Source: Octopus vulgaris (Eukaryota). Taken from it: DNA of 64,000 nt. Each line of letters starts with the position of its first letter. Within the stretch, counting starts at the first letter, position 1. The stretch is taken from positions 15,686,001 to 15,750,000 of the forward strand of contig OX597843.1 of assembly GCA_951406725.2 (NCBI GenBank), written 5' to 3'. Shown piece after piece: positions 23,856-38,176 of the stretch. The notes beneath the pieces are model-generated. The model ran no database searches, was not told the DNA's origin, and saw only the letters and a list, made by a program, of their open reading frames with translations. Both the position numbers and the translations under genes were made by a program.

Positions 23856-23903
23856 AGGCCTGCTGATGAGTACGTAAGTATGAAATCACTGTGATACAGG
23901 TCT
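23856..23903 (+). ncRNA. Type I hammerhead ribozyme (family A); predicted cleavage after A23896
   Basis: Identical to 23371-23418. Confidence 0.9.
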
Positions 23904-25797
23904 ATATTTTTTTAAATGTCTTACTTTGAAAAATTGCATTCGGTGGGATTAGTAATATTTTTTGGTAGAAATGACTAATTGTCCCTCTTAGCGTTTGGCA
24001 TGTATATATAATGCCTTCTGGCATGTATGTATAATGCCCTCTATATATAAATTAATATGTTCAATAAGAAATAATTATTTTCGAAATTTTTTCTCTTATG
24101 AGGTTTTTACGCTATCTACCTGACAATTTCTTGTTAAGTTTTCCTTATTAAGTAGTTGTCCTTAATTGCTAAATTCATATACCTAATTATATATAACCAT
24201 ATCTAACTACATACACTAAACCACACACCTATATATATATCCCTAAACATACACATAAAAACGTCTAGGCAACTATAAATAAATAAAATAGCTAAATACT
24301 TCAACACAATACTTATTCATACTCCCCCACACACACACATACAACCCACATTCACGCTCTAGAAAACGGACATCACTCAAAATTATGAACGGAGAAATGG
24401 AATAAATGGAATTAAAAATTATATTCACTTGGTAAAACGAACACTACTTAAAAATTATGAATGAACCAATGCAATAAAACAACAGACATCGCAAATATAC
24501 ACAAATTACTACGAATTCCTTAACAAACCTACCATGATAAACCAAAACTCACAAAAACATATAATGATAAAATCTCCCTTTACTAAACTCTATAACATAC
24601 CTATATAGCAATCCCCCTAACCTAAACATTCACACACAAATACACACACGTAAACCACACACCCACGACATATACAAATACCCACACCACTTACACATAC
24701 CAATACATACATATAAACCTCAACATATACTCCAAAAACCCACTCAACCCCACACAGACAAATAAACACAAAAATTATGAATGGATTCTTTTATAAAACT
24801 ACCATGATAAGCTAAAACTCACAAAACAGAAATGATAAAACCTCCCTTTACTAAACACTATAACATACTTATATAGCAATCCCTTTAACCTATACATTCA
24901 CACACAAAAACACACATGTAAACCACACACCCATAACAAATACAAACACCCACCCCACTCACACACACCCACAAGTACATATAAGCCTCAACATATACAC
25001 GAACAAAATTACTTTACCAAGGAACTTAACATATGTATAAAAAGTATAACCGCTCCGGAAACGAACATCTCTAAATTAATGAATGGAGAAATGGAATAAA
25101 TGGAATTAAAAATAATATTCACGTGGCAAAACGAACACCACTCAAAAATTATGAATGAAACAATGCAATAAAACAACCAACATCGAAAATAGACAAATTA
25201 CCACGAATTCCCTAAAAAAACCATGATAAACCAAAACTCTTAAAAACATATAACGATAAAATCTCCCTTTGCTAAACTCTATAACAAACCTATATAGCAA
25301 TCCCCCTAACCTAAACATTCACACACAAATACACACACGTAAACCACAGACCCACGACATATACACATACCTATACTAACTTATAAACCTCAATATACAC
25401 CAAAATCCACTCCCTCCACACACAGACAAATTAACACATACATCCCAAAACCTAAATAACAAACCCATATACACATTCACACACAAACACACACACAGGC
25501 AAAACACACACACACAACAGATACATATACTCCCTCACATATACGCATATACATACTCACTAAACTCGATATATACACCCACACTCATACAGATAAATAA
25601 ATTATACAACTAAAAACTCACATACAATCTCATATACATAAACACTCCTATGAAAACAACATTAAATACATCGTAATTAACCAGAATATCAAAAATAACA
25701 ATATGACATAAGGATAAATAAAATACATACTTACAAGTCAGTTTCAAATTATAAAGTGAAATTAAATTCTTAGCCGTTACCCCGAATCAACCCGGGA

Positions 25798-25934
<137 letters not shown>

Positions 25935-26272
25935 TGCGCAGGGACATAGAAATAATCGGACTGAATACCCGATCGCGCGGTTAAACCATTGGGAGTGAAG
26001 GATTCCTAGCCTTTGTTGGGGCATCCTTCTAAGAGAAGGTAACTCAGGTAACTGGGATAACTCCAACATAAAACCTGCGACTCAGTGGTTACCGATGATG
26101 TTGACTTGTTTTTTTCTTTTCGGATTATGGCAGCTGTTGCTTAGTGAGTGGGATTGACTCAGTGCACAGCCGTTCCTCACTTCAAAAAAAATCTCCTTGC
26201 ACAGGCATTGCACGATAACAACATTGATTGAGCTTCGTGCAATAGCCATACTCGATAACGAGGGGGCAGCCA

Positions 26273-26381
<109 letters not shown>

Positions 26382-27959
26382 TATGTGTGTGTGTGTGTGT
26401 GTGTGTATGTGCATAGACACATGTGTGTGTATGTGTCCGTGAATGTGTAAATATAGATGGCTGCGTCTATGCACATACGCCGTATATAAGTGCGTATATA
26501 AGTGATTGTATAAGAGCGTATATAAGTGATTGTATATCCGTGTGTATGTGTCTTTAAATGTATTGTATGTGACTATAACTGTGGCTGCCCGGGTGCATTT
26601 AACATGATTTGTTAAATGCATCGCTGCGGCTACATTTCGTCAGACTGAATCTACAAACATTATATATACTCATATATATACACGCACACATATATACACA
26701 CTAATGTATGAATATGTAAGTATATGAGTATATATTTGCATATATGCGCATGTTCATGTGTGTGTGTGTGTGCGTGTGTGTGTGTGTACGTGTGTTTGTG
26801 TGTGTGTGTGTGTGTGTGTAATTAATGAATGCAAAATATATCCTGAACATTACTCCAACAGTCATATTTATTTAGTCATCTTCTTTATGAATTTTGACAA
26901 AGCATTGCCTGCTCCTTCCAGCAAAAGGAAGTTTGTATGAATAGATTTCCAATGGATGCAAATGTTGGGTCCCTCGCGAATATGAGACTTGTTACCACGA
27001 ATCAGTAATCCACAGAAATTTACTGAACTTCCATTTTCAACATTGGTGACTCGTCAATACAAAGTTTGTCTGACGTGATAGCGTTGAGGAGTGCCCCCTT
27101 CCCAGTGGTCTTTCTTCAGGCCGGACGCCAGCCAAGAATTTCTGAGGGACATGCAGCTACGTTCCTTCGTCCTTGTAACAGGTTTTGTTTTCAGTTCTGC
27201 TGACTTTCTAGGAACACAAAAATCCCAGGCATCACCGAGTTGACGGCAACTAAACCGGTTCACACACAAACTCACACACACACACATACACACACACACG
27301 CACACACACATACATAATACATACATACATACATACATACACACATACATACATACACAGACGCATGCATACATACATACATATATACATACACACACAT
27401 ATATATATATATACACACATATATATACATACATACACACACACATGAATATATATACATGCAGACAGACAGTCAAACATGCACAAACATACATACATAT
27501 ATATACACACACACATATATATATATACACACACGGTGCTATTAAGTTAGACATGGCCTGGGCCAATAATGGCCGAAACCTATCAAAGTATCAAAGTATC
27601 AAAGTATATATACACACACATATATATGTATACATACACACACACACATGGATATATATATACATACACACATACATACAGGCTTAACATCAATCCAGAT
27701 TGCCTTTGAATGTCGTATCCTATCCCTTCGGCAACACCTCTTAACCTTGACCAAGTTTGCCTAGATGAGGCTGATGATATCATAAGACTTGGAAGGTAAC
27801 TCCTTGAGCAGCATTCCTTGTCAGATAACCTGAAATGCATACCCATAGAAGTTGTGCGACTCTATCGCTACGTATCATTGGGGGAAACGATGAGCATATA
27901 TCAGCAGAAGATTATTCATGGATATATTTGTAGGAGGCTCCATTATGATAGTAACACTG

Positions 27960-28683
27960 ATCATCAAAGCGATCTATGATGGACCAATAGCCGGATTACT
28001 ACCTCCCACTTTGAAGGTATCCGTTTGCATTTCGGAAACAGAAAATATCAACCAAATACCTACAGCACAAAAGCGATAGAGATGCAGGAAGAGTAGTAAA
28101 ATGTTCTTCTGGTGCAGATTTTGTAGGGTTAACACCGAACACATCAACCATTCACAAGCAGTTGTCGGAAAATCTTATCACAGTATAATCTACCGATGAG
28201 GCATGATGTGGTAGCTAGGACACACTGTGATGAAATTCATTGGAAGGGTAACACCGAGGACAAAGAAATAAGAACCCACAGTATGGTAGAAGACATAGCT
28301 ACTAATAATAAAAAAAGGAGTACTAGTGGAATATAAGTGCAGTAGACCTGATATAACGATTTGGGATAGAGAAGAGAAACTGTGTACAGTTGTGGAAATT
28401 GCTGTCCAGCGGGTGTTAACTTAAAGATGAAGATCAATGAAAAAGAGAACACCTACGCTGAACTATTGAGAAATCTGAAGTTACACTAACCAAATTACAA
28501 GTTCAGATTTATACCTGTAATTATTGGGGCCCGTGGGATATGTAACAACCCTGCCTAAATACCGATCTTGAGAAATTCGGCTTCTCAAAACCAGAAAGGA
28601 GAAAGCTAATTCGAAAAATACAGATCCAAACCATCACTGGAACTGTATAAATCCGTAAAACTTTCCAGAAGTTTAGCATTTAA
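27960..28683 (+). mobile_element. R4/Dong-type (restriction-like endonuclease) LINE 3' remnant
   Basis: CRFC zinc knuckle, RHD and RPDITIWDREEKLCTVVEIAV (PD-D/ExK) motifs; frameshifted. Confidence 0.7.
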
Positions 28684-29924
28684 ATATATATCAGCATGCC
28701 TAGATATGCAACTATATGCACGAGTATACATACAGAGTACAAATCATACAAATCTGCACATAAAAATACATACAAACACACAAAAATGCCCTGTTGTTAA
28801 TGTTGTAATTCCAATGAAGGAGCCTTGGACCTAGGTTAGAAACCGGCGCTTTTTCTACGGGAAAAACTTCTTGAAATAAAACCAAATAATGTCATACATA
28901 TATACATTGCCATACTCAGTGCCCCGATCCATCATTCAGTGAGATATCCATTTGCTAGATTTCTTCTACTGAATATTTTTAGAGCAGAACAAAAAAGATA
29001 TTTGATATTTGACAAAACTGCAAACATCAATTTTACAAAATCAATAGCATTCCTTAACTTTTTTAAATTCTATTTATAGCAATTATGTTTCACTTTGTTT
29101 AGGGATAAACATTTATTTTATTTAATTCAAAATTAAAAGTATTTTTTTGTTTTTCGGATTTTAAGATTTTTCTTCCAAGTTCTTAGTTTTAATATAAGAT
29201 ATAGAAGAGTTTAAAAGGAAACAAGTCTTGATAAATATTACGATGGTGTACTTCATTTCAAATTCTACTTTCAAATTATTGGGAATTATGAAGTTAACCT
29301 AAACACTTTTGATGGCGACGCCCTTGTACGACAAACACGGCAGTGGCACCGCTCATAGAATATATTGGGAACATTGAAGATTATAATAATTTTAGAATGA
29401 TGGAATGTTTATATAAGCATTCCAATGAAATACGACTAACACAAAGTTTTCTCAGTTACCATTTATAAATAGTGATCGAGTGAACGCAATCAATGGGGTT
29501 AGAGTTGGTGTTCCTTAATAACTTTGAATATTTCTAATAAAATGGGCGGTGAAATGGCAAAGGTGCTATCATTTCAAACAAAATGCTTTGCAGGATTTCT
29601 CTGGGGTCTTTACGTTCTGAGTTGAAATCCTGCCCTTCATACCTCTTCGGTACTTAGGATGAATTAACCGACTGTCCACCTCACACAGAAGCAATTCCCG
29701 GCATTGTGCCGAAACCAGAAACAACTTTATAACGGTCTCTCTTCGATTTCATTACAATGAATTATTACGCTATGTCACATGTGTTTATGTATGCTGCCTC
29801 TGTGTCTGTATATATATATATATATGAATACATAAGTATAAAACTCAATACATCCAAACTTAGTTGATTGGAAGAGGGGATGGTTTTGCCTGCAGAAGGG
29901 CTTCGAAAATGCAATTGATTTAGT

Positions 29925-30130
29925 TACAGGCCAATAACTAAGAATATAAGGCAGCTTTGCGACATCTCGTCTGTTTTAATTTTTTCTGAGTTCAAATTCC
30001 GCCGAGGTCGATTTTGCTTTTCATTATTTCAGGATCGATAACATAAGTTCCACCAGTTGAGCACTGGGGTCGATGCAATCGACTTACCCTTCCGCCGACA
30101 TTACTTGCCTTATGACAAAATGTGTAAGCA
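29925..30130 (+). mobile_element. Octopus-type SINE, degraded
   Basis: gagttcaaattccgccgaggtcga B-box and gttgagcactggggtcgatgcaatcgactt core. Confidence 0.65.
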
Positions 30131-30480
30131 ATATACTAATGCATGGATCATCAATAAAAAGACGGATGAAAGAGATGGGCGTTAGTGAAGCTAAAGGGGA
30201 GAAGGCGATGGAAGATGAGGTTTGGAGGCCCAGAACGATCAAATGTAAGAGACGGAGGGTGAGATTGAAGAAGAGAGAAACCTCTAGAAGAAAAGAGAAA
30301 AGTCTACAAGGAATAATGGAAAACAACAATGTAAAAATTAAAATCAAGAACTTATAACACAATAGGATCTGACTTTATATATACATTTGTAAATATATAT
30401 ACACACACATATACATATATATACAAACATATACATCCAGACGTATATATGCGTGTATGCTTTAATGAATGTGTGTGACC

Positions 30481-30528
<48 letters not shown>

Positions 30529-30600
30529 GGGTGTCAGTGTGATCGTGTATGCGTGTGTACTTCTATACACGTATATGTTTGCATCGAAATGGACTTAAAC

Positions 30601-30642
<42 letters not shown>

Positions 30643-30649
<7 letters not shown>

Positions 30650-32035
30650 AATAAAATATATGCATATATATAAACATATATGTACGTACCTACCTCTACA
30701 TGTACATATACACGCATATATGTGTACAGGACACCAAAAGGACGTCGAACACATAGAGAGACGAAAAACATAGACACAAACCAAGGAACAAGACAAGCAA
30801 AAAAAGGACAAGCAAAAAAAGGAAATACAGAACAATAAACACAACGAAAAATCCCCTTCTTCAGTCGCTAAAGTTTCATCTACTAAACGTTTCGAAGGAT
30901 AAAAGCGAGACGTATACTTCGAATGAAAAATTCCTTCCCGCGAAAAGCAAATCAATTAAAATTCTGAGATCTTGTCGCAGAGGGGTAAAAAAAAAGGCAA
31001 GACGGTAACGACAGTACAAACATATAAACAGTAAAAAATATATATATAAACAGTGGAAAAATAAATATATAACAGTGAGAGACAGGACAAGGAGAACAAG
31101 ATAAGAAGGGCTGTTAACGCCAGACGAAAAAAGTATTGCAAACGCTGGATTATAGTGGACGACGAGAGAGGAAGATGTCGACCAGTGGCCTTAGAAGGCA
31201 GGCGAAAAAGGACGGGATAGCAGTTACGACGGAAGTACGTCGCAGATGGACGACGGGAATGGGGGAGGAGGAGCAAGAGGAAGAGAGAGAAGAAGGGGAA
31301 TGGTGCGAGGAGACCATGAAGAACAGTGAGGGGGAGAGAGAGAGGAAGAGACAAGTTAAGTGAGGGAAAAAAGACGAAAAAGGGAATGGGAGAGAAAGAA
31401 AGAAAGATGCAGAGTCGCGTGAGAGTTAATATCAAGGCGAACTTGATAAACAGAACAATCTTACTTAATAGGGTGCGTGCGTTTAGTCGTATAATATGTT
31501 AATAAAATATATGCATATATATAAACATATATGTACGTACCTACCTCTACATGTACATATACACGCATATATGTGTACAGGACACCAAAAGGACGTCGAA
31601 CACATAGAGAGACGAAAAACATAGACACAAACCAAGGAACAAGACAAGCAAAAAAAGGACAAGCAAAAAAAGGAAATACAGGACAATAAGCACAACGAAA
31701 AATCCCTTTCTTCAGTCGCTAAAGTTTCATCTACTAAACGTTTCGAAGGATAAAAGCGAGACGTATACTTCGAATGAAAAATTCCTTCCCGCGAAAAGCA
31801 AATCAATTAAAATTCTGAGATCTTGTCGCAGAGGGGTAAAAAAAAAAGGCAAGACGGTAACGACAGTACAAACATATAAACAGTAAAAAATATATATATA
31901 AACAGTGGAAAAATAAATATATAACAGTGAGAGACAGGACAAGGAGAACAAGATAAGAAGGGCTGTTAACGCCAGACGAAAAAAGTATTGCAAACGCTGG
32001 ATTATAGTGGACGACGAGAGAGGAAGATGTCGACC
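30643..32035. repeat. Direct repeats of ~540 bp (30643-31184 and 31494-32035)
   Basis: Near-identical copies about 850 bp apart, bounded by (TA)n. Confidence 0.9.
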
Positions 32036-32271
32036 AATATATATATATATATATATATATATAGGGAGAGTTCACGAAAAAAACAAAAGACGAAGACAGT
32101 TGGTGTACAAAACAAACAGATATATTAGTATAACGCTCAGGAAATTGGAACAATCTTTTACGTTTCAGGCATATGCTCTTCTACAGAAAGGGACACAGAA
32201 AAAACAAGGAGAGAAAAATGCGTGTAGTGACTACCGATCTATCATGGCGACTCTCTCTCTCTCTCTCCCTC

Positions 32272-32378
<107 letters not shown>

Positions 32379-32536
32379 GTATGTACGGTTCTATATGCAT
32401 ATCTGTATGTATTTATGTGTAGGTAGACAGATAGAGAGGCAGAGAAAGTGAGGCGGTGAGAGAGATTAATAAATCAAATATATGTGTGAGTGTATCTATA
32501 AATGTTAACTCTTAAAAGTAATAAAATTTGATTTAC

Positions 32537-32586
32537 CTTTAAAATCGGCTCCACCAGTCAATTCGCTTCCCGATCTTTTAACGACT
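32537..32586 (-). other. Candidate non-coding exon 1 of the LRR gene
   Basis: Starts at the Inr A (32586), contains no ATG and ends AAAG|GTAAAT. The LRRNT exon has an acceptor only 4 nt before its ATG, so it needs an upstream UTR exon. Confidence 0.55.
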
Positions 32587-32615
32587 GATTATGTCTATTC
32601 AGTGTCCTTATATAA
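32583..32615 (-). promoter_or_regulatory. Core promoter: TATA box + Initiator
   Basis: TATATAAG at 32614-32607 and TCAGTC at 32588-32583; TATA starts 28 nt upstream of the +1 A. Confidence 0.55.
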
Positions 32616-32809
32616 GCATGTCTAAAGCACCAGATGGTATCTCATATGCATACCGAATTAATGACTCAATTGTCATTAATCTTTAAATGCCTTATTTTTA
32701 AAACGACAGTCACAGTCTTTCCTGTTGTTGTATGTTATGGGCGATCCTTCTTTAACATCTGCAAAATAAATCCGGTTTTTAATCTCCTCAATATTCCTCG
32801 ACCACTCAT

Positions 32810-33330
32810 ATTTATTTAGTCATCTTCATTACGTATATTAACAAAGAATTGTCTGCTCCTTCCGGCAAAAGGAAGTTGGTATGAATAGATTTCCAATGGA
32901 TGCAAATATTGGGTCCCTCGCGAATATGAGACTTGTTGTGTTGTACATTATCTCACCCTCATCATCGAATCCACCTTACCTGCACAGATTTATCGGGTAC
33001 CATAAGTCAGGTCCCAAATTGATCGCAGAGCAGCATGGATGTGATGAAAGGTTTTCCCAACAACACAACGCACCCACGATTCCTTTATCGTGAGTGCAAC
33101 ACCCTTCACCACGGGGCAATCTCCCCTCCACATCAATTATATTACCAAGATCCTATAATAGGCCTGGCCAACATACAAGTAGCAATTTTTATCTTCATGG
33201 CCCTTCTCTAAAACAAAACCTAGTGATTCCATTGTATATTGGGTTGGCAATAATTTCCCCAGGACATGACCTCCACTCTCTAGTTTCTAAAATGCAGAAT
33301 TGTCCCCGTGTGCCATTGAAATGTTTCAGA
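32810..33330 (-). mobile_element. Degraded LINE RT remnant; 3' segment also present at 26862-26993
   Basis: Shared ~125-bp segment; a remnant RGCVVLGKPFITSMLL precedes an eroded YADD-like site. Confidence 0.35.
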
Positions 33331-34330
33331 CACGCTTCTAATTGATGATTGTTGTTCACTGATGACATGGCGTTCTATCATGTTGTGACACAAAGTCTGA
33401 CATATAAGATGGCGTTGTATAATGTAGTGATACAAAATACTAAAACCAGGCCAATATTAGACACATGTTTGTTTTTCTTTTAGAAATAGTGTTGTTGTTG
33501 TTGTCGTTTTTGCTCATTTCTATGAACAAAGGCGTTCTAACTGTAGCCATCCAATGTTTTATTCCAGCATTATTCACTATGTTATTTGCCATTTAAAATA
33601 GGGGTTTGTGATTTGAGGGAGATTTGGCAGCTATTTCCAGGTGTTCGATCGAGGGCGCACAAAGCATATTCTCGTCGCTTGTCAATGTTTCCTGATTGAG
33701 TAAAGCAATGGTCAGAGATGTTCCAGTCGTGGTCATCTCGTCGATTTACTTGTACTACTTTGCTTGTTGTGTTCTGTCATTAATTAAGTGGATGGTTTGT
33801 GAGATGGTGGAAGCTGGTTATTATTACTTAACATGCTGAGCGACAACGTATATCTTTGTCCCGAATGCTTATGGTGGAGATGACAGCGCAAATGCTCAAC
33901 TGATCAGCATTCATTAGATCCGAAATCCACATCAACAAACATTATCGTAATATACTACAACATTATGTGGGTGTTAATGTTTATAGATCTCCCCGGCATC
34001 ATTCAGTTTAATACAATGCCGACCTTACTATCAAGACGAACCACCAACCTGTTAAATGACATCTTGCACTAAATTATTCTGCCATTAGCAGATGAATGAG
34101 AGTGATTTTCAACAAGATTTTCCCCCGAAAAGTGTTTAAAATGGTACACGAGATATCCCAAGTACAACACCAGCTCTATCTTCGTTGGTGGCCAACTGAC
34201 AGGCAAATCTGTGGCATTGAGCAGAATTTCTGTCGTTGCTCCTTTTTACAATCAGATAAAACATGTACATGGTAACACTTTCAGTCAGTTAAAATCAAAA
34301 GCTATGAGTCATACGTCGTATTACAACAGG

Positions 34331-34333
34331 ATA

Positions 34334-34400
<67 letters not shown>

Positions 34401-34401
34401 T

Positions 34402-34437
<36 letters not shown>

Positions 34438-34498
34438 TCATCATCATCATCATCATCATCATTATTCTTATTATCATTATTATTATCATTATTATTAC

Positions 34499-34546
<48 letters not shown>

Positions 34547-34580
34547 TATTATTATTATTACTATTATTATTATCATTATT

Positions 34581-34611
<31 letters not shown>

Positions 34612-34619
34612 TATTATTA

Positions 34620-34681
<62 letters not shown>

Positions 34682-34686
34682 ATTAT
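34331..34686. repeat. (TAT/TAG/CAT)n microsatellite; a second (TAT)n array lies at 35836-36060
   Basis: Read directly from the sequence. Confidence 0.97.
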
Positions 34687-35680
34687 TCCTTCAAATTTTC
34701 TTCCATTTCTTGCCGAGTGTTTTTCGTACACATAGGGCAGAGAAGCTCATTGTATGCATTCCCAGATTGCACACGCAAATTCACAGGTAAAATATGTATT
34801 TTAAAAAATTAATAAATAAATAAATTCATGAATGGATGTTGTTTTCACAGCGACAATGCTCTTCTCAGTACATGAGTCGTTCCAGTTAACACGATTTTTT
34901 GCACTTCCTGTCGGGATGGTAAGCCTGGTGTCATTTTCAAATAGGTTTCAGTACCTTTTCTTTATCATTCCTAGAGATCCTACAATTGCGGGTACTGTAG
35001 TCACCTTGAGATGCCACATTTTTTCAATTTCTATTAGCAGGTCTTTATATTTACTAATCTTGTCAAATTCTTTCGCAAGGAATACTCATGTCAATTAATA
35101 AACACACCTTTTTCGTCTGATCTTTTATAACGATATCCGGTTTATTATCTTTTATAGTTTTGTCGGTGTGTACGGGGAAGTCCCACAGAATCGACTCCTT
35201 CTTCTCCCTAAGTTACAGCATCGGGAGGGTGTTTATACCATTTGTCAGCGGTTTTGATTTTATAATGCCGACATATTGTCCAGTGTAAACACTGGCCGAC
35301 TCTGTCATGTCTTGCTTTATATTCTACAGGTGCTAAGACTCTACACCCTGAGATTAGGTGGTCTATTGTTTCGATCTCATCGTTACAGAATCGGCATTTT
35401 GGGTCAGCTCCATTTTCATCACATTGGCTTGGTAGTTCCTGGTTAATAAGCTTTGTTCATGAGCAGCTAATATGAAAACTTCACTCTCTGCTTTTGGCCC
35501 TGAGCTTCGTAACCATTGATGCGTGTGTTTCTGGTCGACATCAACTTGTTTGCTACGGGCCACTTACTTGCCATGCAGAGGTTTCTCTTCCCATCTGCAA
35601 GCTAATTTTTAATGTGCTTTTATTTTCGCAATTCATTTTCTTTTCTTTGCAGCAGCTGTTGGCGCATTTCCTTCAACCTG
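34687..35680 (-). mobile_element. R4/Dong-clade LINE 3' fragment ending in (TAA)n
   Basis: HQWLRSSG.KAESE.FILAA.EQSLLTRNY, DHLISGC, RHDRVG, NKPDIVIKD and VGSLGMI motifs; the 3' end abuts the TAA array. Confidence 0.8.
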
Positions 35681-35836
35681 ATAAATATAGGACGAAAGCT
35701 GCCGTTGATTAGCTCCAAGAGGCCATCGCCTCTAGCTAGCTATTTGATACAAGAACCTGTGTCCATTATAACCTTCGAACAGGGGAGGTCAGCCGCTTCC
35801 CCTTGCATTATTATAATATTATACAATTTGAACTCA

Positions 35837-35911
<75 letters not shown>

Positions 35912-35919
35912 TATTATTA

Positions 35920-36038
<119 letters not shown>

Positions 36039-36079
36039 GTTATTATCATTATTGTTATTGTCGTTGTTGTTGCTGTTGT

Positions 36080-38094
36080 TTTGAGCGCTCCGTAAGTTGG
36101 GATTTTGTTGTGGCTTTTTGAAGGTTTTTGACTGTTTTGTTTGTTTTTGTTTTGTGAACCCTTTTTGCTGTGCAGAAGGAGTTCTTTTGTTAAAAGTTCT
36201 CCCTTTTAGGAGCGAAATTTGGACTTTTTGTCTATTAAAAACTTTTTTTTTTTTTGCTTTTCGTCAAACGAAGAACAAGATGGTTTCCTCTGTCGAGGGG
36301 AGTGACAGCGGCTGTTCTGATGGCCAGCACAGCGAAGATTTCACCCCCTCTGAACAGCACAAGTACCAACACCACTAACAGTACCAACACTACCATTAAC
36401 AGGGGAAAAGAAGAAAAGTCAGGAAAGCACCACCAACACCGTCATGAACACTGACAAAAATGAAAAATCAAACAGGAACAACAACGACAAACCAAGCGGC
36501 AACGATTTCGCCTCGGCGGCGAAACAAACCAGGCAAGGAATTCAGTTAACTATCGATCACTTAAGAAATGTAAAGGGGCTGTTTAGGAAGGAGGGGCATA
36601 ATACCTTACTTAACACTCCACGAAAATTGATAAAAGAAACGCAGAAAAAAAACGGTGATGTACAGAACATTAAATATTTTTTGAAAAAAGAGTGAAACGA
36701 GCGACTCAACAGCCATTGGAAATAGCATTAAAGCCAGAATGGAAGCGGAAAACATATGTGAGGCGTGGAAGACGCTTCGACACTGTAGAAGTGAGTTTTG
36801 CAACAGAAGAAGAAGCAAAGCAGCATGTCACTGTGACATTTATAAACTGAAGAATTCCTGCTCGTGCCGACATTGTTAAGTCGGCAGGTTACAAAGATAA
36901 AAATTAGGGAGGTGGCCCCGAAATGAATATATGCTGACTTGTACCGGCTGTCCTCTTTGATATAGAGGATACCGCCACAATACTGGAGGTTCATAAATTG
37001 CACCAACAAAATTGGACGGGCCATTGATTGGAACTCCTCGTTCAAATTGAACAATAATCCCTAAATTCTGTCCTTGGTTCTATAAATTTAGCAGACGGCA
37101 CGAGGCTAATCGTGGCCGTGGAGGGCAGGAGGCCGAGGTGCTACTTTTGTGAAAATGATCAGCACCTCAAGGTCGACTGCCCCAAATACAAAGAGATGCG
37201 ACGGAAGCTACAAGCGACAGTAAAAACGGTGGCACCTCCAGTGCAGCAGCAGCAGGAACCAACCCTATCACCACCAGCAACAGCAACAGCAACGCCACCT
37301 CCAACCGTCGCCAGGGCACCACCATCACCAACACCAACAACGAAAATAAATACCAGTCGGAGTACCACTACCGCCAGTAGCAATAGCACCACCACCAACT
37401 ACTGTAGCAGTAGCGGCAGCAACAAATGAACCGCAGCAAAAGCAAGAGCCAGTGGGGTGAGTGGCAAACAGTTCCCCCTAGAAAAGAAAAAGATAGTAGA
37501 AGAAAAGAGGGGGATGTGCAAACAGGAGAAACTCCCCAACAGCAGCAACACGCACACACAGCCACCGACAACAGCACTATCACCAGCACTACAACCTCAA
37601 ACTACAAAACACACTGCACAACACAAACAGACTGCACAAACACCACCAACCTCACAGCCATCAACACCGACAATACACACCTTGTCGAATACATTAGAGA
37701 AAACACAGACACCACAATGGAAGACTTTGTCTTCCCAACACACAATGCACAATCACCACACATACAAATTTCTGAAAGTAACACAGGACACCTACAACAC
37801 ATTAAAAATTAATTTTTCAAATGCTGTTGGATCATTCCAAAAAACATTCTCTAAGAGACTATATGAAAATCTCGTGGAAACGCCCACAAGAAAGACAAAG
37901 GGATCACCCCTGCTAGGCAACAGTGGTAAGTTGCTAGGCAATGTGGACTTGGACAAACCGCATCGTCTAGCAGGGGTGACCCCTTGGACTTTCCTGTTGG
38001 AGAGATGCTTTGGACAGCTGCATCTGCTCGGTTGTTCGTGTGAATAGTCACCTGTCTGAGCCATTCAGCATCTTGCGTTCGGTCCGTCAAGGCT

Positions 38095-38176
<82 letters not shown>

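Larger units (their letters stand above)
22572..24175 (+). mobile_element. Retrozyme-like insertion: ~2.6 tandem 482-485 bp hammerhead units plus an inverted 5' partial unit, 14-bp TSD
   Basis: Equivalent positions at 22929, 23411 and 23896; 22572-22907 is the reverse complement of 23236-23574; catatacctaatta occurs at 22562-22575 and 24176-24189. Confidence 0.85.
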
